From positions 186,001-250,000 of the forward strand of contig OZ361260.1 in NCBI GenBank assembly GCA_977018835.1: a DNA stretch of 64,000 bases, in the 5' to 3' direction. The position numbers and the translations under genes are program-made. The stretch comes from Minutocellus sp. GHC0000111 (Eukaryota). This document shows, one piece after another, positions 35,458 through 46,421 of this stretch. The notes under the pieces were generated by a model that saw only the letters and a program-made list of their open reading frames with translations, ran no database searches and was not told the origin of the DNA. Numbering within the stretch: the first letter of the stretch is position 1; each line of letters starts with the position of its first letter.

Positions 35458-36896
35458 ATGCCGAAACATCGAAGCGGAAAGAGCAGTAGCGGCGGCGGCG
35501 GTGGGGGCGACGGAGCCCCCCACAGGAAGAGCCGGGGAGATAAGCACAAGCGGAAGCACCGTCACCACGGGGAGGGCAAGAAGAAGTCCAGCGGCAGTGG
35601 CGGCGGTCAACGGACCGAGGAACCCAAGGACGACACCGCCCCGGCACCGACGTTCGATGCGCAACCTCAAGCCGGCCCTCCTCCGTGGTATTTATGCCTT
35701 TGGCTTCGAGCGGCCCAGTGCCATCCAGCAGCGGGCTATCCGCCCAATTGTTCGTGGCAGGGATGTCATTGCGCAATCTCAGTCCGGAACGGTGAGTTTG
35801 CAAGTGTTGACATGAATGTGGGAGCATGTCCAAAGAGAGTGGTGCGTCGTTCTCGTTTTCACATATTCTTCTCCCTTTCTTCTCATCCAAATCATTGGTC
35901 GCACAACATAAAACAGGGCAAGACGGCGGTCTTTTCCATTTCGGCCCTTCAGATGCTGGATGAACGAATGTCGGATCCACAAGTCATCATCTTAAGTCCG
36001 ACCCGAGAGCTTGCCGAACAGACACAGCGGGTGGTCAAGGCTCTGGGAGACTTTATGAGCGTCAAGGTCCAGTGCTGCATCGGTGGCAAGCCCCTTGGTG
36101 AGGACATCCGTGCCTTTGAGTCCGGTGGCGTGCAGATCGTATCCGGCACTCCCGGCAGAGTCTTCGATCTCATCCAACGCCAGGCCCTGCAGACGCGCAG
36201 CCTCAAGTCTCTAATATCGACGAGGCCGACGAGATGCTGGCCAAGGGGTTCAAGGCACAGATTTACGACATCTATCGGTATTTGCCGTCCTCCACGCAGG
36301 TGGTCCTGGTGAGCGCCACTCTGCCCGTGGAAGTGCTGGAAATGACGCGCAAGTTCATGAACGATCCCATCTGCATTCTGGTCAAGCGTGACGAACTCAC
36401 TCTGGAGGGCATCAAGCAATTCTTTGTGGCGGTGGAGAAGGAGGAGTGGAAATTCGACACGCTGTGCGATTTGTACGATACACTGACCATCACTCAGGCT
36501 GTCATTTTTTGCAACAAGAAGCAAAAAGTAGACTGGCTCGGCGAAAAGATGAAGGAGGCGCACTTTACGGTCAGTACTATGCACGGTGATATGGACCAAT
36601 CCGAGCGTGAGAAGGTGATGGAGGAATTTCGAAGCGGGTCGTCTCGGGTTCTGATCGCCACCGATCTTTGGGGACGAGGCATCGATGTCCAGCAGGTGAG
36701 CCTGGTCATCAACTATGATCTGCCTACCAATCGAGAGCTTTACATTCACAGGATTGGACGATCAGGCCGCTTCGGTCGCAAGGGCGTGGCAATCAACTTC
36801 GTCAAGACGGAAGACGTTCCTACCCTCCGCGACATTGAACAGTTCTACAGTACACAAATTGATGAGATGCCTTTGTCGGTATCGGAGATGCTCTAA
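35458..36896 (+). pseudogene. EIF4A3: DEAD-box helicase eIF4A-III (EJC core) with two frameshifts
   Basis: [23 protein letters not shown] (intron 35792-35916), [36 protein letters not shown] and [13 protein letters not shown]. Frameshifts at ~35662 and ~36217, the second just before DEAD. Confidence 0.9.
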
Positions 36897-37084
36897 TTAT
36901 GGCGAGACTTATTTGAACCGATTAATGATCAATAATACGAGTTACATGCTTCTCGCAAAGTCATTTTTGCTCTCTACCCATTTACCCATTTTCTCGCGGT
37001 CAACTTTGATCCAAACAAAGTGTACCATCACCTTGGACAGTTGTCTCGGCGCTGCCTATGTTGCAGGTACTAGCTAGTACTTGT

Positions 37085-38509
37085 TTATACCGATTTGCCG
37101 ATTGTAATCTTGCCCTTCTTCTTTTTCTTCCTGCCACCACCGGCGCGGACGAGAATAGGACCCGGGGTCTTTCTCTTTTTCTTCTGTATTTGAGACGGTG
37201 ATGTCGATGTCTTCTCTTCCATGACATCTTTGCCAGTTGATATATCATTTCCGATTTTAGCGGCCGCCGCTGATGTTGAGGTAGCTCTTGCACTGTCATT
37301 CTTGACATTCTCCTTGACGTCATTGGCCACAGCGAGAGATGAACTGTTCGCCTGCGTTTGCTGCTCCTTATCAGACGCTGGAGTCTGCGCTGGAGACTTT
37401 CGCTCCAATCCAGCCTCTCGCTCTTCGCCAATCCCGGTGGCATTGTGCGTAGTCGTTGCTCGAGTCGACTTGGTGTTGTCTGATCTCTCTCCGTTGGCAA
37501 CCACTGCTACCTGCGCCGACGATCGACTGGTCGTTTCCATGGGGATGCTTGGTCTGCTCGAGTCTGACTTTTCTTTGGATACAGATGACGAAGCGTTTTC
37601 TCCTCTCATCATCCTTCCCCACCATTGCTCGAATACCCTTCGCATCTCATTCTCTTCTTCGGGATCAACTCCAGAAATGGTAGCAGAACGTGTCTTGGCA
37701 CCAGGAGAGGAATCATTCGTGGCAGAAGAGGCAGACCTTGCACTTGACGTCCTTCTGCTTTCAGCTTCGATATTGGCCAGTAACATGGACATTGGCGTTT
37801 CCCCGATCCGTCCACTGTCATCGTCTGTGTTGTCATTGACAATGGCAAATGAACCAGTCTCGGTAAGACTTTGATGGTCAATTGTCACAACAACCTTTGG
37901 TGGGTCGTTGCCATTGGCCACAACTTCGGCCCGCAGCCCCGTACCTCCCATCGCCTTTCCCAGAAGCCTCGCTGTCGGTCGGCTTTCCATACTCTCCAGA
38001 TCGATATTGATTGAGTCTCCGTACTCCCTCAGTCCCCTCTTGCTCAGATAGCGATCCTGCTGAACGTACGTGCCACCGTTCGGGCGGCAGGTCCGATCGA
38101 TGACGCCGGATCCGGCATCCAATCGAATGGGATGCCAATGCCGAACGAGGGCGCCGAACTTGGCCCTCACTCGAGGTCGCTTTGCCGCATTCGCCTTGGA
38201 CGAGTCTGAGTCTGCAGGCGGTAGGAACCACACCGTCAGATCAACGTACACCACGCGCGACTGGGCCTCTTGGGATACCACCGGAGATGTCGACGATTGC
38301 AGAACGGACAAGGGGGAGAGGATTGGTGACCGCCAGTACAGCTGATGAGGTCGAGTTGCATACGCATCTGCTGCTGTGGTCAAAATATCGGTGACGGCCG
38401 TGGAACCCAGAAGAGTCGACGCCAGATGAATGCAGACATTATCGAGGAAGGTGGGCCCTCCCGCCGCAGCAGCAGCAGCAGCGGCAATACCTTGACCGCT
38501 CTCGCTCAT
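37085..38509 (-). CDS. Hypothetical protein with a basic NLS-like C-terminus
   Basis: 474-aa intact ORF ending KKKRKTPGP...GRKKKKKGKITIG. Confidence 0.6.
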   Translation of the reverse strand: MSESGQGIAAAAAAAAGGPTFLDNVCIHLASTLLGSTAVTDILTTAADAYATRPHQLYWRSPILSPLSVLQSSTSPVVSQEAQSRVVYVDLTVWFLPPADSDSSKANAAKRPRVRAKFGALVRHWHPIRLDAGSGVIDRTCRPNGGTYVQQDRYLSKRGLREYGDSINIDLESMESRPTARLLGKAMGGTGLRAEVVANGNDPPKVVVTIDHQSLTETGSFAIVNDNTDDDSGRIGETPMSMLLANIEAESRRTSSARSASSATNDSSPGAKTRSATISGVDPEEENEMRRVFEQWWGRMMRGENASSSVSKEKSDSSRPSIPMETTSRSSAQVAVVANGERSDNTKSTRATTTHNATGIGEEREAGLERKSPAQTPASDKEQQTQANSSSLAVANDVKENVKNDSARATSTSAAAAKIGNDISTGKDVMEEKTSTSPSQIQKKKRKTPGPILVRAGGGRKKKKKGKITIGKSV

Positions 38510-39923
38510 CTTGCTGGCATCGGCAGGGCAGGAAATGCTGAACTGCAGAACGCTGCTATGGGGGTTGACCCGTGTACGTACACTAACAAAAATTTGGTCC
38601 GTCCGTCGTCCAATTTCACTCGTAAAATCTCCGTTTTGTTAGGAGTTTTCTCTCTCAACTTTGACTTCTTCTAAGTTGGTCAAAATCCAAAACCGCGTAG
38701 CCCCTTTTGGACACAGTGTTGGAATAGATGTGATTAGAGCATTGTGCAAGCTGGGCTTTCTGGTTCCAAAATCTCGTCGAGATACGCCACACGCCCAAAC
38801 CATACCTCTTCGCGCGACGCTCATTTCGCCAACCTCTACCGTCCATGATGTGCCAAACAGCTCCAATGCCGCCCCCACCTTGCAGACATCGAGCACTGTA
38901 CATGTCCGATCATATGTGAGCTTTTGGGGTGAAACGGCGACCATTGAGGCCTCCTTCGTCGGCCATTGCCGCTGCCGACGAAGCGTCAAACGACGCTTTT
39001 TTGGTGGTCATTTGCCATCATGTGCTGCACGCCAAGTCGATGACGCATCCCACCTACCGCCGCCAACACCTTCCAATATGTCTACATGAGCGATTTGATG
39101 CCGGCGGCGCCACTGATAACAATTGCTATTGCCGTATCTTGGCTCAGCATCCGAGCCCTCGATAACGGCCGTTCGAAGACGACCCCAACACTCATTTTTC
39201 GTATTCCAATTGGTCTGTCCGTCCATCCGTTCCCCCACCCTCCTCACGTGATGTGCTACCTTTCGCCACCCAACCATAATTCGATACCGACCGCGCCACT
39301 TCTACCGATCAATTATGTCACAAGGGAGACTGTGTATCATTTTTGCTGCTTCCGGTCGTCGTGTTGTCGAGATTTTCTCGATGAAGCGAAGTGTTGGGGG
39401 TCGAAAAAATATTTTCGTATTCCAGAAACGATATTGGAGGTGGGATAGCAGCCGAAGGAAGAAGGCATACCGGCGAAGCAATGCATCAATCCGACCCTTA
39501 TATATGGTAGTATCGTTGGTGTGGCGTGTGTCGATAGTTTTCGCTTGGAACATGGTTTCGGAGGTCTGTTTCAATTCGCTAGCATTTTGTTAGTGGCCAA
39601 AAAATAAGCTGGTAATAGAAACATCGATATCTCAACGAATAACTACAACTAGAAGTTCGTACCATTTGCATATCACTTCTCTAACATAGTAGTAGTGATA
39701 TATGCAATAAATGGTTGGTGTTTGAAAAATTTTTGTTAGTGAGTTTTACCACGGGTCAACCCCCATAGCTGCATGCCCGGACCGAGCGTTGTTTCCGGGT
39801 TCCTGGTCGGTAAAGCAAAGTGCTTGATTCTTGGCGCAAACCGCCACAAGTGAAACTTGAAGCAGCAAGCTTGCCATCGGCGGCGGAGCATCAGTTGCTA
39901 TTTCCAACTTCCCACTTGTCGGG

Positions 39924-40865
39924 ATGCGCCGCTACGCTTTGTGTCTGTTGGTTGCCGCATTCTTCGCGTTGGACGACGCCTTGGCCTTCTTTTCGGGCCG
40001 TCATCGTCGCCAAGGGTCAGCACGGTCCAGGGTCAGCACTGTCCAGCCAACAAAGAAAGCACCAGATGGCGATGACGTCGCATCGGGATACAAATTCGGA
40101 GACATATCCAGAGGGCTGGCGTCGAGGTTTACAAAACGAGTGGAGCTGGTGACGGGAAAGGAGTACAAGTTTGGGGATTTATCAAGGCATCTTGATGCCA
40201 AGGCAAAGGAGAAAGTATGCGAAGTAACTGGTAAAGATTCCTACTCCTTCGGTGATTTAAGTTTGTGGGCGGATGCCAACGTGAAGGCAAAGGTATGCGA
40301 GATGACTGGTAAGGACTCCTACACTGCTGGTGATCTCTCTAAGGAAATTTTGCGAAGGGTAACGTCGGGTGAAATGAAATGGGAGGAGGTCCTGATGTTA
40401 ATGAAGATGATGTTGTCGATCGGAGCAAGCTTCAGTCCAGTGGCTGGAATGCTCCCGGCCAAGGTACTGATCGAATTGCTCAACTATAGCATAGTTGCAC
40501 AGGCCGGTGAGATGGTCACGAGCGCCATATCCACCGAACTGGATCGTAGAATGAAGAAGGCATTTACCGGTGATCCGGATTACCAATTGGGCGACAAATC
40601 GAAGCGGCTGCTGCTCAATTTTATTGGGAGTGACACATATGAGTTCGGAAGCTTGACAAGGACAATAATTGAAAAGATGAATGCGAGGGATGTTGGTAAC
40701 AATGATGAGAGTACAGGGGGTATCAAAAGCGGTACGGGTAAAAGTGGGATTCTATTTGCCGATTCGAGCAATGAAAATCTGGAGCTAAGTAACGAACAAG
40801 TCTTGATGGAATTAGAAGCTTGGGACAAAGCATTCCAAGTCGAGTCGACGGCGAAAGGGAAGTAG
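39924..40865 (+). CDS. Plastid-targeted protein with YxFGD(L/I)S repeats
   Basis: Signal peptide ending ALAF. Six repeats: YKFGDIS, YKFGDLS, YSFGDLS, YTAGDLS, YQLGDKS, YEFGSLT. Confidence 0.75.
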   Translation: MRRYALCLLVAAFFALDDALAFFSGRHRRQGSARSRVSTVQPTKKAPDGDDVASGYKFGDISRGLASRFTKRVELVTGKEYKFGDLSRHLDAKAKEKVCEVTGKDSYSFGDLSLWADANVKAKVCEMTGKDSYTAGDLSKEILRRVTSGEMKWEEVLMLMKMMLSIGASFSPVAGMLPAKVLIELLNYSIVAQAGEMVTSAISTELDRRMKKAFTGDPDYQLGDKSKRLLLNFIGSDTYEFGSLTRTIIEKMNARDVGNNDESTGGIKSGTGKSGILFADSSNENLELSNEQVLMELEAWDKAFQVESTAKGK

Positions 40866-40996
40866 GAATCCTCCTACGTAGCTAGAGCTAGCGATGGCCA
40901 GAAGGATGTGGAATGGGAAAGTAATACACAAACGATTAACCATAGTTCCAGTATGTTTGTATGTACACAACTTAAATAGGTAGATAGGTCATGATG

Positions 40997-42260
40997 CTAT
41001 TGGACCTCTACGACCTCAACCACGGGAAGACCACGCAAGGTCCCAGAGCCAACTATCGGCGTCAGTTCCGGTTCTACAAAGTCTTGTGGCAGCTTGCTCA
41101 TGCTGGTGACTTCGCTCTCTGATCTTGCTAGCAAAGGTATTCTCTTCTCGTCTGGGACCGTACAAGTACCGACGCCATATTCGAAGCATTCAAAAGTGCT
41201 GCTAGTGGCATCAGGTTCTTGATAATGGCACGCCCCTGCGCCATAAATGCCCATCATTGCTTGGCCCATGTCTCGAGCAAAGTCCCAGCTGCATTCTCCG
41301 CTTGCCCTTGCCCAGCCCACACCCCTGGCATTGTCGGCAAGTTTTCTATTGTATGCCGATGGATCGGCTGTTCGATTCCAATCACGTTCTCTACTTGTTG
41401 TCAAATGATAAACCTTGGCTGACGGCACAGATTGCTCGGTCATTAAAACGAGTGCGTTGCACGATGCGTCGTGAAGCAAATAGTGATCTGCGACAAAGAG
41501 TGGTAAGGTAAAGCTAGGCATATTCGGCACAATATGTTCGTGGTACATCTCTCTGTTCCAGGCGAAGAAATCAACTCCCCTCAAACCATACCTGTTCCTT
41601 TTCTGAAGGTGTGTCTTCTCAACATGAGCTAAGGCATCTTTTTGGGCAGTAGGTTCGTCAAATCTGTTCAAGTACACATTCCATCGCACAGTCGTTGCGA
41701 ATCGCCACCTCGTGTAGGCATCCTTCTCGGAAGGACAGCTCGCTGCATTGAATTGGTTGACGGTCTCTAGAATTGATATTGATGGACAGATATCGCCGTT
41801 CATGAAAGTACATGATGCCGTTCATGAAAGTATATGATGCCGCGTCCGGCCAAAGCTCCCCCATCCTTCGAACGAGGGTGCCAAAATCTTTTTCTTCGGT
41901 TGGACTTATCATCACGGCTTGGAGGGGAAGGTTCTTGTCGTCGATGTACTTCAGCACTGCCTCGTCGGTGGTATAGATGGCTATTGAAGATATTTCGGCT
42001 GTCTGTGATGCCAAGGAGGTAAGGCAGCGCAGATGGAACTTTACAAAATCAGCATGTCTTTGTCCGTGTCCGGTGATGGGAAGCACTGGAGTGGTCAGTA
42101 TCATCTTCCCTGCAGCGGATTCGACTCTGCTGGTAAGGTCAACGGACTGAAGGATTCGCCCACTGCCTTCCCCGGTCAGCATCACGTCGCTATCTCCTCC
42201 CAACATGAAAAGCCCAGCAAGGGCCAAGAGGATTGCGATCGGTGCTTTTTGCGAAATCAT
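40997..42260 (-). pseudogene. Glycosyltransferase-like type II membrane protein, full-length copy frameshifted by a 22-bp duplication
   Basis: N-terminal anchor; YTFMNGDI, GVDFFAW and MPSFTLP motifs resemble GT-A-like families. Removing the duplication at 41795-41838 gives a 413-aa ORF. Confidence 0.65.
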
Positions 42261-43949
42261 GGTATATGTACCATACCAAAGTTACCGCGTACCCTGTAGA
42301 AGCAAATGGAATACTGCTTAGTCAAAATACTAGGCTACAGAAGGGAACGCAGAGGTACGCGTAGTCAATGGCTGAGCATGCTTGGGCCATTGCGAAATCG
42401 GGGACGTCGATTTGAGGTCATCAGTAGCAGTCATTGAGGTGTTTTCAGGCCGTTCACACAAGGGACCTCCCTTGGTTCACAAAGCTCACAATGACGACGT
42501 GTTTCTATCAGGGCTGAGTTGAAGGCTTGGGGTTCATTCAGAAACCAGGGAACTTCAGTGACGCGACGCGACCAGACGGGGTGGAATGAATCCGAACTCT
42601 TTCTTCCTCCTCCTCCCCCCTCCTCCTCCTCCCTCTCGCCAGTACCGGTACGATTTAGAGTCAGTGCAATACAACACAATGGCACGTTCAAGAAAGAAAA
42701 AATACATCAAACTTTATAACGAAACAAAACCCATTTCGTTCAACGAATGGGGCCACAACATGTGTCGCCGACGTGCCTCCCATTGAGAACAATCAAGACT
42801 ACGGGGCACCATACCCTTGTAATAGCCTTTCACAACACTGTGGTGCAGCAGGAGACTTGCAATTACTTTTTTGAGCCTTGAAAAATTCGTTCGCGTTAGA
42901 CCCGATTTTTTCGACAGTTTCCGACGTTCCATCACGACCATGTTCGCCCGATGTACAGCACCACCCCGGCCATCGCATACACTCTGACCACCTAGATGCC
43001 TTCCTGAATATTACTGGAAGGGATTTTTGGGCGATAGCGGTGCGTCGGTGCGTGCCTGTACCGCGAAATGTGGCCCAGCGCCATTACCACCCCCATTACA
43101 CCACCCATCCGAAAGTTGGTCCGGATGCTTTTATGCGGTCCATGCACCACTTCCGTTGCACTGAGCCGTCGACGCTTCACCCATATATATACCAAGCGCA
43201 TTTGAGTGGGGGGTGGTGGCATTTCTTGACAATTCATAGAGAAAACTATTCCCAAAGTCCCGTGTCTGATGTCGGCACCAGATTTCACCTTCATTGCTTC
43301 TGCCGCCCGAGAGGAACGAAACCGGAGAAAGCGGCCAAACCAACACGTGAGATCGATGGATGTAATATAGAATGAGCATCGTGCGTGCTGATATTGCGTG
43401 AAGGAACAGTGGTTGAGGCTTGAAGGGGGTTGTAGTTGGGGATTTGCTACTTTCAGATGTTTTTGCTTTCCATGGTGACGGCCACAATGATACAAAGATG
43501 GGGCCCAATATCGACCCTCTGGCGCAAACTTGCTCCCAACATTACCCAAGTGAAAGTAATGCCGGTCAGGGAGGATTGAAATGGATGTAGACAAGCATCA
43601 GCCATCATTCTTTGCCATTTTGAGGGTAAAAAAATATTGAAAATTTCTGGGCATGAGGAGATGTTGCTAAAATAGCACATGATGTACGATTGAGTTTGCT
43701 TTCAAGTATGCAATACTCACCTAACGCATGTAGTTGGCGTATACATCGGTTGGCTTGGAGTTATTTATCGTTATACCATCATTTGGTGGCCTTCTTGTGG
43801 AGATGAATTCTCCTTGCTTTCGCCGTGTTGAGAGAGGCCATTTAGTGGGTTCATTTTTGCGCTGCATAAAGTATCGCACAAAAAAATTTCCTAGTGCCTT
43901 ACTATTTACGGCGATTTTGTCGGCGGTCTCGAGGAATCACTCTACAATC
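41513..43949 (+). repeat. Left arm of a ~2.4-kb inverted repeat
   Basis: Reverse complement of 46422-48839. About 20 substitutions and 4 indels by manual alignment (~99% identity). Confidence 0.97.
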
Positions 43950-44074
43950 ATGTGTGTACTACATACAAATATGTTAAAGACGTCTACACATGTAGAATCT
44001 ACATTTGCGCTTGCATCGCTTAATTTTATGTGCATGCCACCATGCCTTATATATAGATCTTCGTAGACCAAGAT

Positions 44075-45166
44075 CTAGACATCTACATGATATGGAAACA
44101 GGAAGTCGAGTTGAGACCAGTCTAGCCTGGAGAGGAAGGAAGCTAGCTCGTTGTTGTTGCTGCTACTGCTGCTGTTGTTGTTGGGATGTACTTCCTGGCT
44201 TGGTTCTAACGTGCTGAAGGAATTATAACTTGCGTTCAACGAAAAAGATGCACTCGGAACTGCCGGTTTTTGCGAAGTAACTGTGAGAGGTGCAGGCTCG
44301 AAGAGATCGCCGCACAGGTAGGACGATCCGACGGGGTTGGTGGTCGCATTGGCGTCGATCAACGCCGGTGCACTCAGGTTCTCACCGATGATCGGTTGCT
44401 GCAGTGAAGATGGTGGTGGTGCGGCGGCAAACCCGGTGCTACCAGTGCCGGTAGTGGCGACCGAGGAGGTAGTCCCGTCGCTCTGGAAGTGAACGAGGCT
44501 TGGCATGCTACCAGTGCTGGTAGTGCCGGTAGAGAAAAGGGCCTCCTCGAGGACAGCATGCACGTTCGATCCTTGTGCTGCAGGTTGAATTTCAAAGGAT
44601 GAACGGCGGCTTTCCGACGAGGAGTCATTCTCCTGCGTCTGATGCTTGGCCTGCCTGGCAATATCCTCGAAGACGCTCTTGGCGCTCACATCTAAAGTCC
44701 TCCAGGAGCTGGCGACCTGGATGGTGAGCTCCTTGAAGCCAATGGCCCCGTGAGACTTGCGATGACGTCTCTTCTGTCCGCTCTGGAGGCGGTACGGGTC
44801 GCGCTCGAGGACTTCGAGGACGTGTTTGAGCTTCTCTTCGTGGGTGAGACTGTCGTTGAGGATGTCGAGCGTCATTCCCGGCGATACGGTGACAGTGCGA
44901 TGATACTTCATGTAGAAATTATATCCAGAGAGATTGCGACGGCGCTTGGGCTTGTCCTTTCCGGCGCTCTTGCCCTTAATCTTGCCCAGGTTCTTGCCCT
45001 TGGGCGCACCTTTGGGCTTCTGATCATCAGGGAGAGAGAGTGAAGGAGAGGTTGATACTTCAAGGTTGCCACTGGAGTTCGTGACCTTGCTGAGGTACGT
45101 AAAGTCGTCAATAAAACGCTTCCCCTGAATCCCCTGGTGATTGAATTCTAAGATGTTCACGTTCAT
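44075..45166 (-). CDS. HMG-box protein (diatom-type, split box), intact
   Basis: PKRRRNLSGYNFYMKYHR...RRHRKSHGAIGFKELTIQVASSWRTLDVSAKSVFEDIARQAK. 363 aa from ATG 45166, with an S/T/N-rich tail. Confidence 0.85.
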   Translation of the reverse strand: MNVNILEFNHQGIQGKRFIDDFTYLSKVTNSSGNLEVSTSPSLSLPDDQKPKGAPKGKNLGKIKGKSAGKDKPKRRRNLSGYNFYMKYHRTVTVSPGMTLDILNDSLTHEEKLKHVLEVLERDPYRLQSGQKRRHRKSHGAIGFKELTIQVASSWRTLDVSAKSVFEDIARQAKHQTQENDSSSESRRSSFEIQPAAQGSNVHAVLEEALFSTGTTSTGSMPSLVHFQSDGTTSSVATTGTGSTGFAAAPPPSSLQQPIIGENLSAPALIDANATTNPVGSSYLCGDLFEPAPLTVTSQKPAVPSASFSLNASYNSFSTLEPSQEVHPNNNSSSSSNNNELASFLSRLDWSQLDFLFPYHVDV

Positions 45167-46198
45167 GGTGAATGTCGTAGCTGGTCTGGTCGCTTGCACA
45201 TAGATTGCGATGCGATGATGAATGATACAGAGTGCTAACAGGACTGAGTCGGTCTGTGGATGTAATGGAGCACAGTAGCAGCGACGGTAAAGCGGAGTGC
45301 CGACGCTGTGTGGCATCTTGTGCACCCTTCGCGGTGACGCCGCGATGTGATCGTGTTGTGTGGGATTGTTTTCCCGCTTCACCGGTTTGACGTGTCATTC
45401 GGATTCTTTGAAGAGATGGGAGTACGAGATTGCTTGTTGGGGAAGGACGATTGCGACGTGGCAATTCTCATGCTATAAATGTTGAATGCGTGACACTCGA
45501 CACGTGCAAACACGTCATTGAACAGTCGAACTTCAACCAAATTCAGCGGGATTGTGACTGTCGCTTCAACATTTATTTTTCACTTTTTTTCCCAGTGTGG
45601 TCATGACATTTTTCCCATAATGTCCGCAGCAATTTGTTGCCAGCTAATTGCCGCATCGGCATGGCGCGGGCCATCATCATGGCGGCCGAGAGCAGAGGCA
45701 CGCGGCGGGTGGATGCTACTGAGCTACTAGTAGACCAGGACCTAGTGCAGCTACATGTACGTAGCTAGCTAGAGCTAGCTCTGCTCTAGAAAGTGCGTGC
45801 CAAGACAAGAGAGAGAGCACCTCGCATTGGTTGAAGCTCAGTGGTGGTGGCAGTGACAGAGCAAGCTCACGAACAGGGGAGCACTGTCGAAGAGGGATGC
45901 CAAGACGGAGGAAGAACTCGTTTGGGTGTGAGGTGCAGCAACACCTGCCTCAGGCGTGTCGCTGAGCCGCCGAAACGACAGGACCACGCGCGCACCGCTA
46001 CAACACTTGAGATCTCATTGCTCGCCACTGATGGGGACACCTCTCCACATTCTGTTCTGTTGTTCTGTGGTTAACCTTGTTTAGCAGGAATCAATCCAAG
46101 GGCGCGCACAAAGATGGACACCTCTACATGTAGCCAGCGACAGTCTGCATTGCACGCTGCTGGAGCTCTTCGTGAAGGAGCGAGTGTGAAAATCCTAT

Positions 46199-46268
46199 GT
46201 AGCTAGCTAGCTAGCTAGCTAGCTGTTGCGCAGAGATGCCACATGGCAGGATGGATGGATGGATGGAT
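46199..46268. repeat. (TAGC)n and (GGAT)n microsatellites in the palindrome spacer
   Basis: About 6 TAGC units followed by about 5 GGAT units. Confidence 0.9.
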
Positions 46269-46421
46269 GTTGGTGGATGCATGCACCGGTAGCTGAAAAG
46301 GGGCTGTGTCCATCATCGGATCCGTAAAAAGGGTCAGGAACCTACAAGGATTTGCATTCACGAAGGGGGCGAGGGCAGTGGATTACATGCATTTTTAATG
46401 TCACATGGATTGTGTTCCATG

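Noticed and set aside
38639..39593. Cluster of short ORFs between two host genes
   Set aside because: No domain, no consistent strand; intergenic or an unrecognisable remnant.
42878..43680. ORFs of 125-200 aa inside the arms (and mirror copies)
   Set aside because: Overlapping frames on both strands with no recognisable motif. Identity between copies reflects the duplication, not selection.
35458..45166. HMG gene near an RNA helicase, as in the Mucorales sex locus
   Set aside because: The helicase is eIF4A-III, is not adjacent and is from a distant lineage; coincidence.
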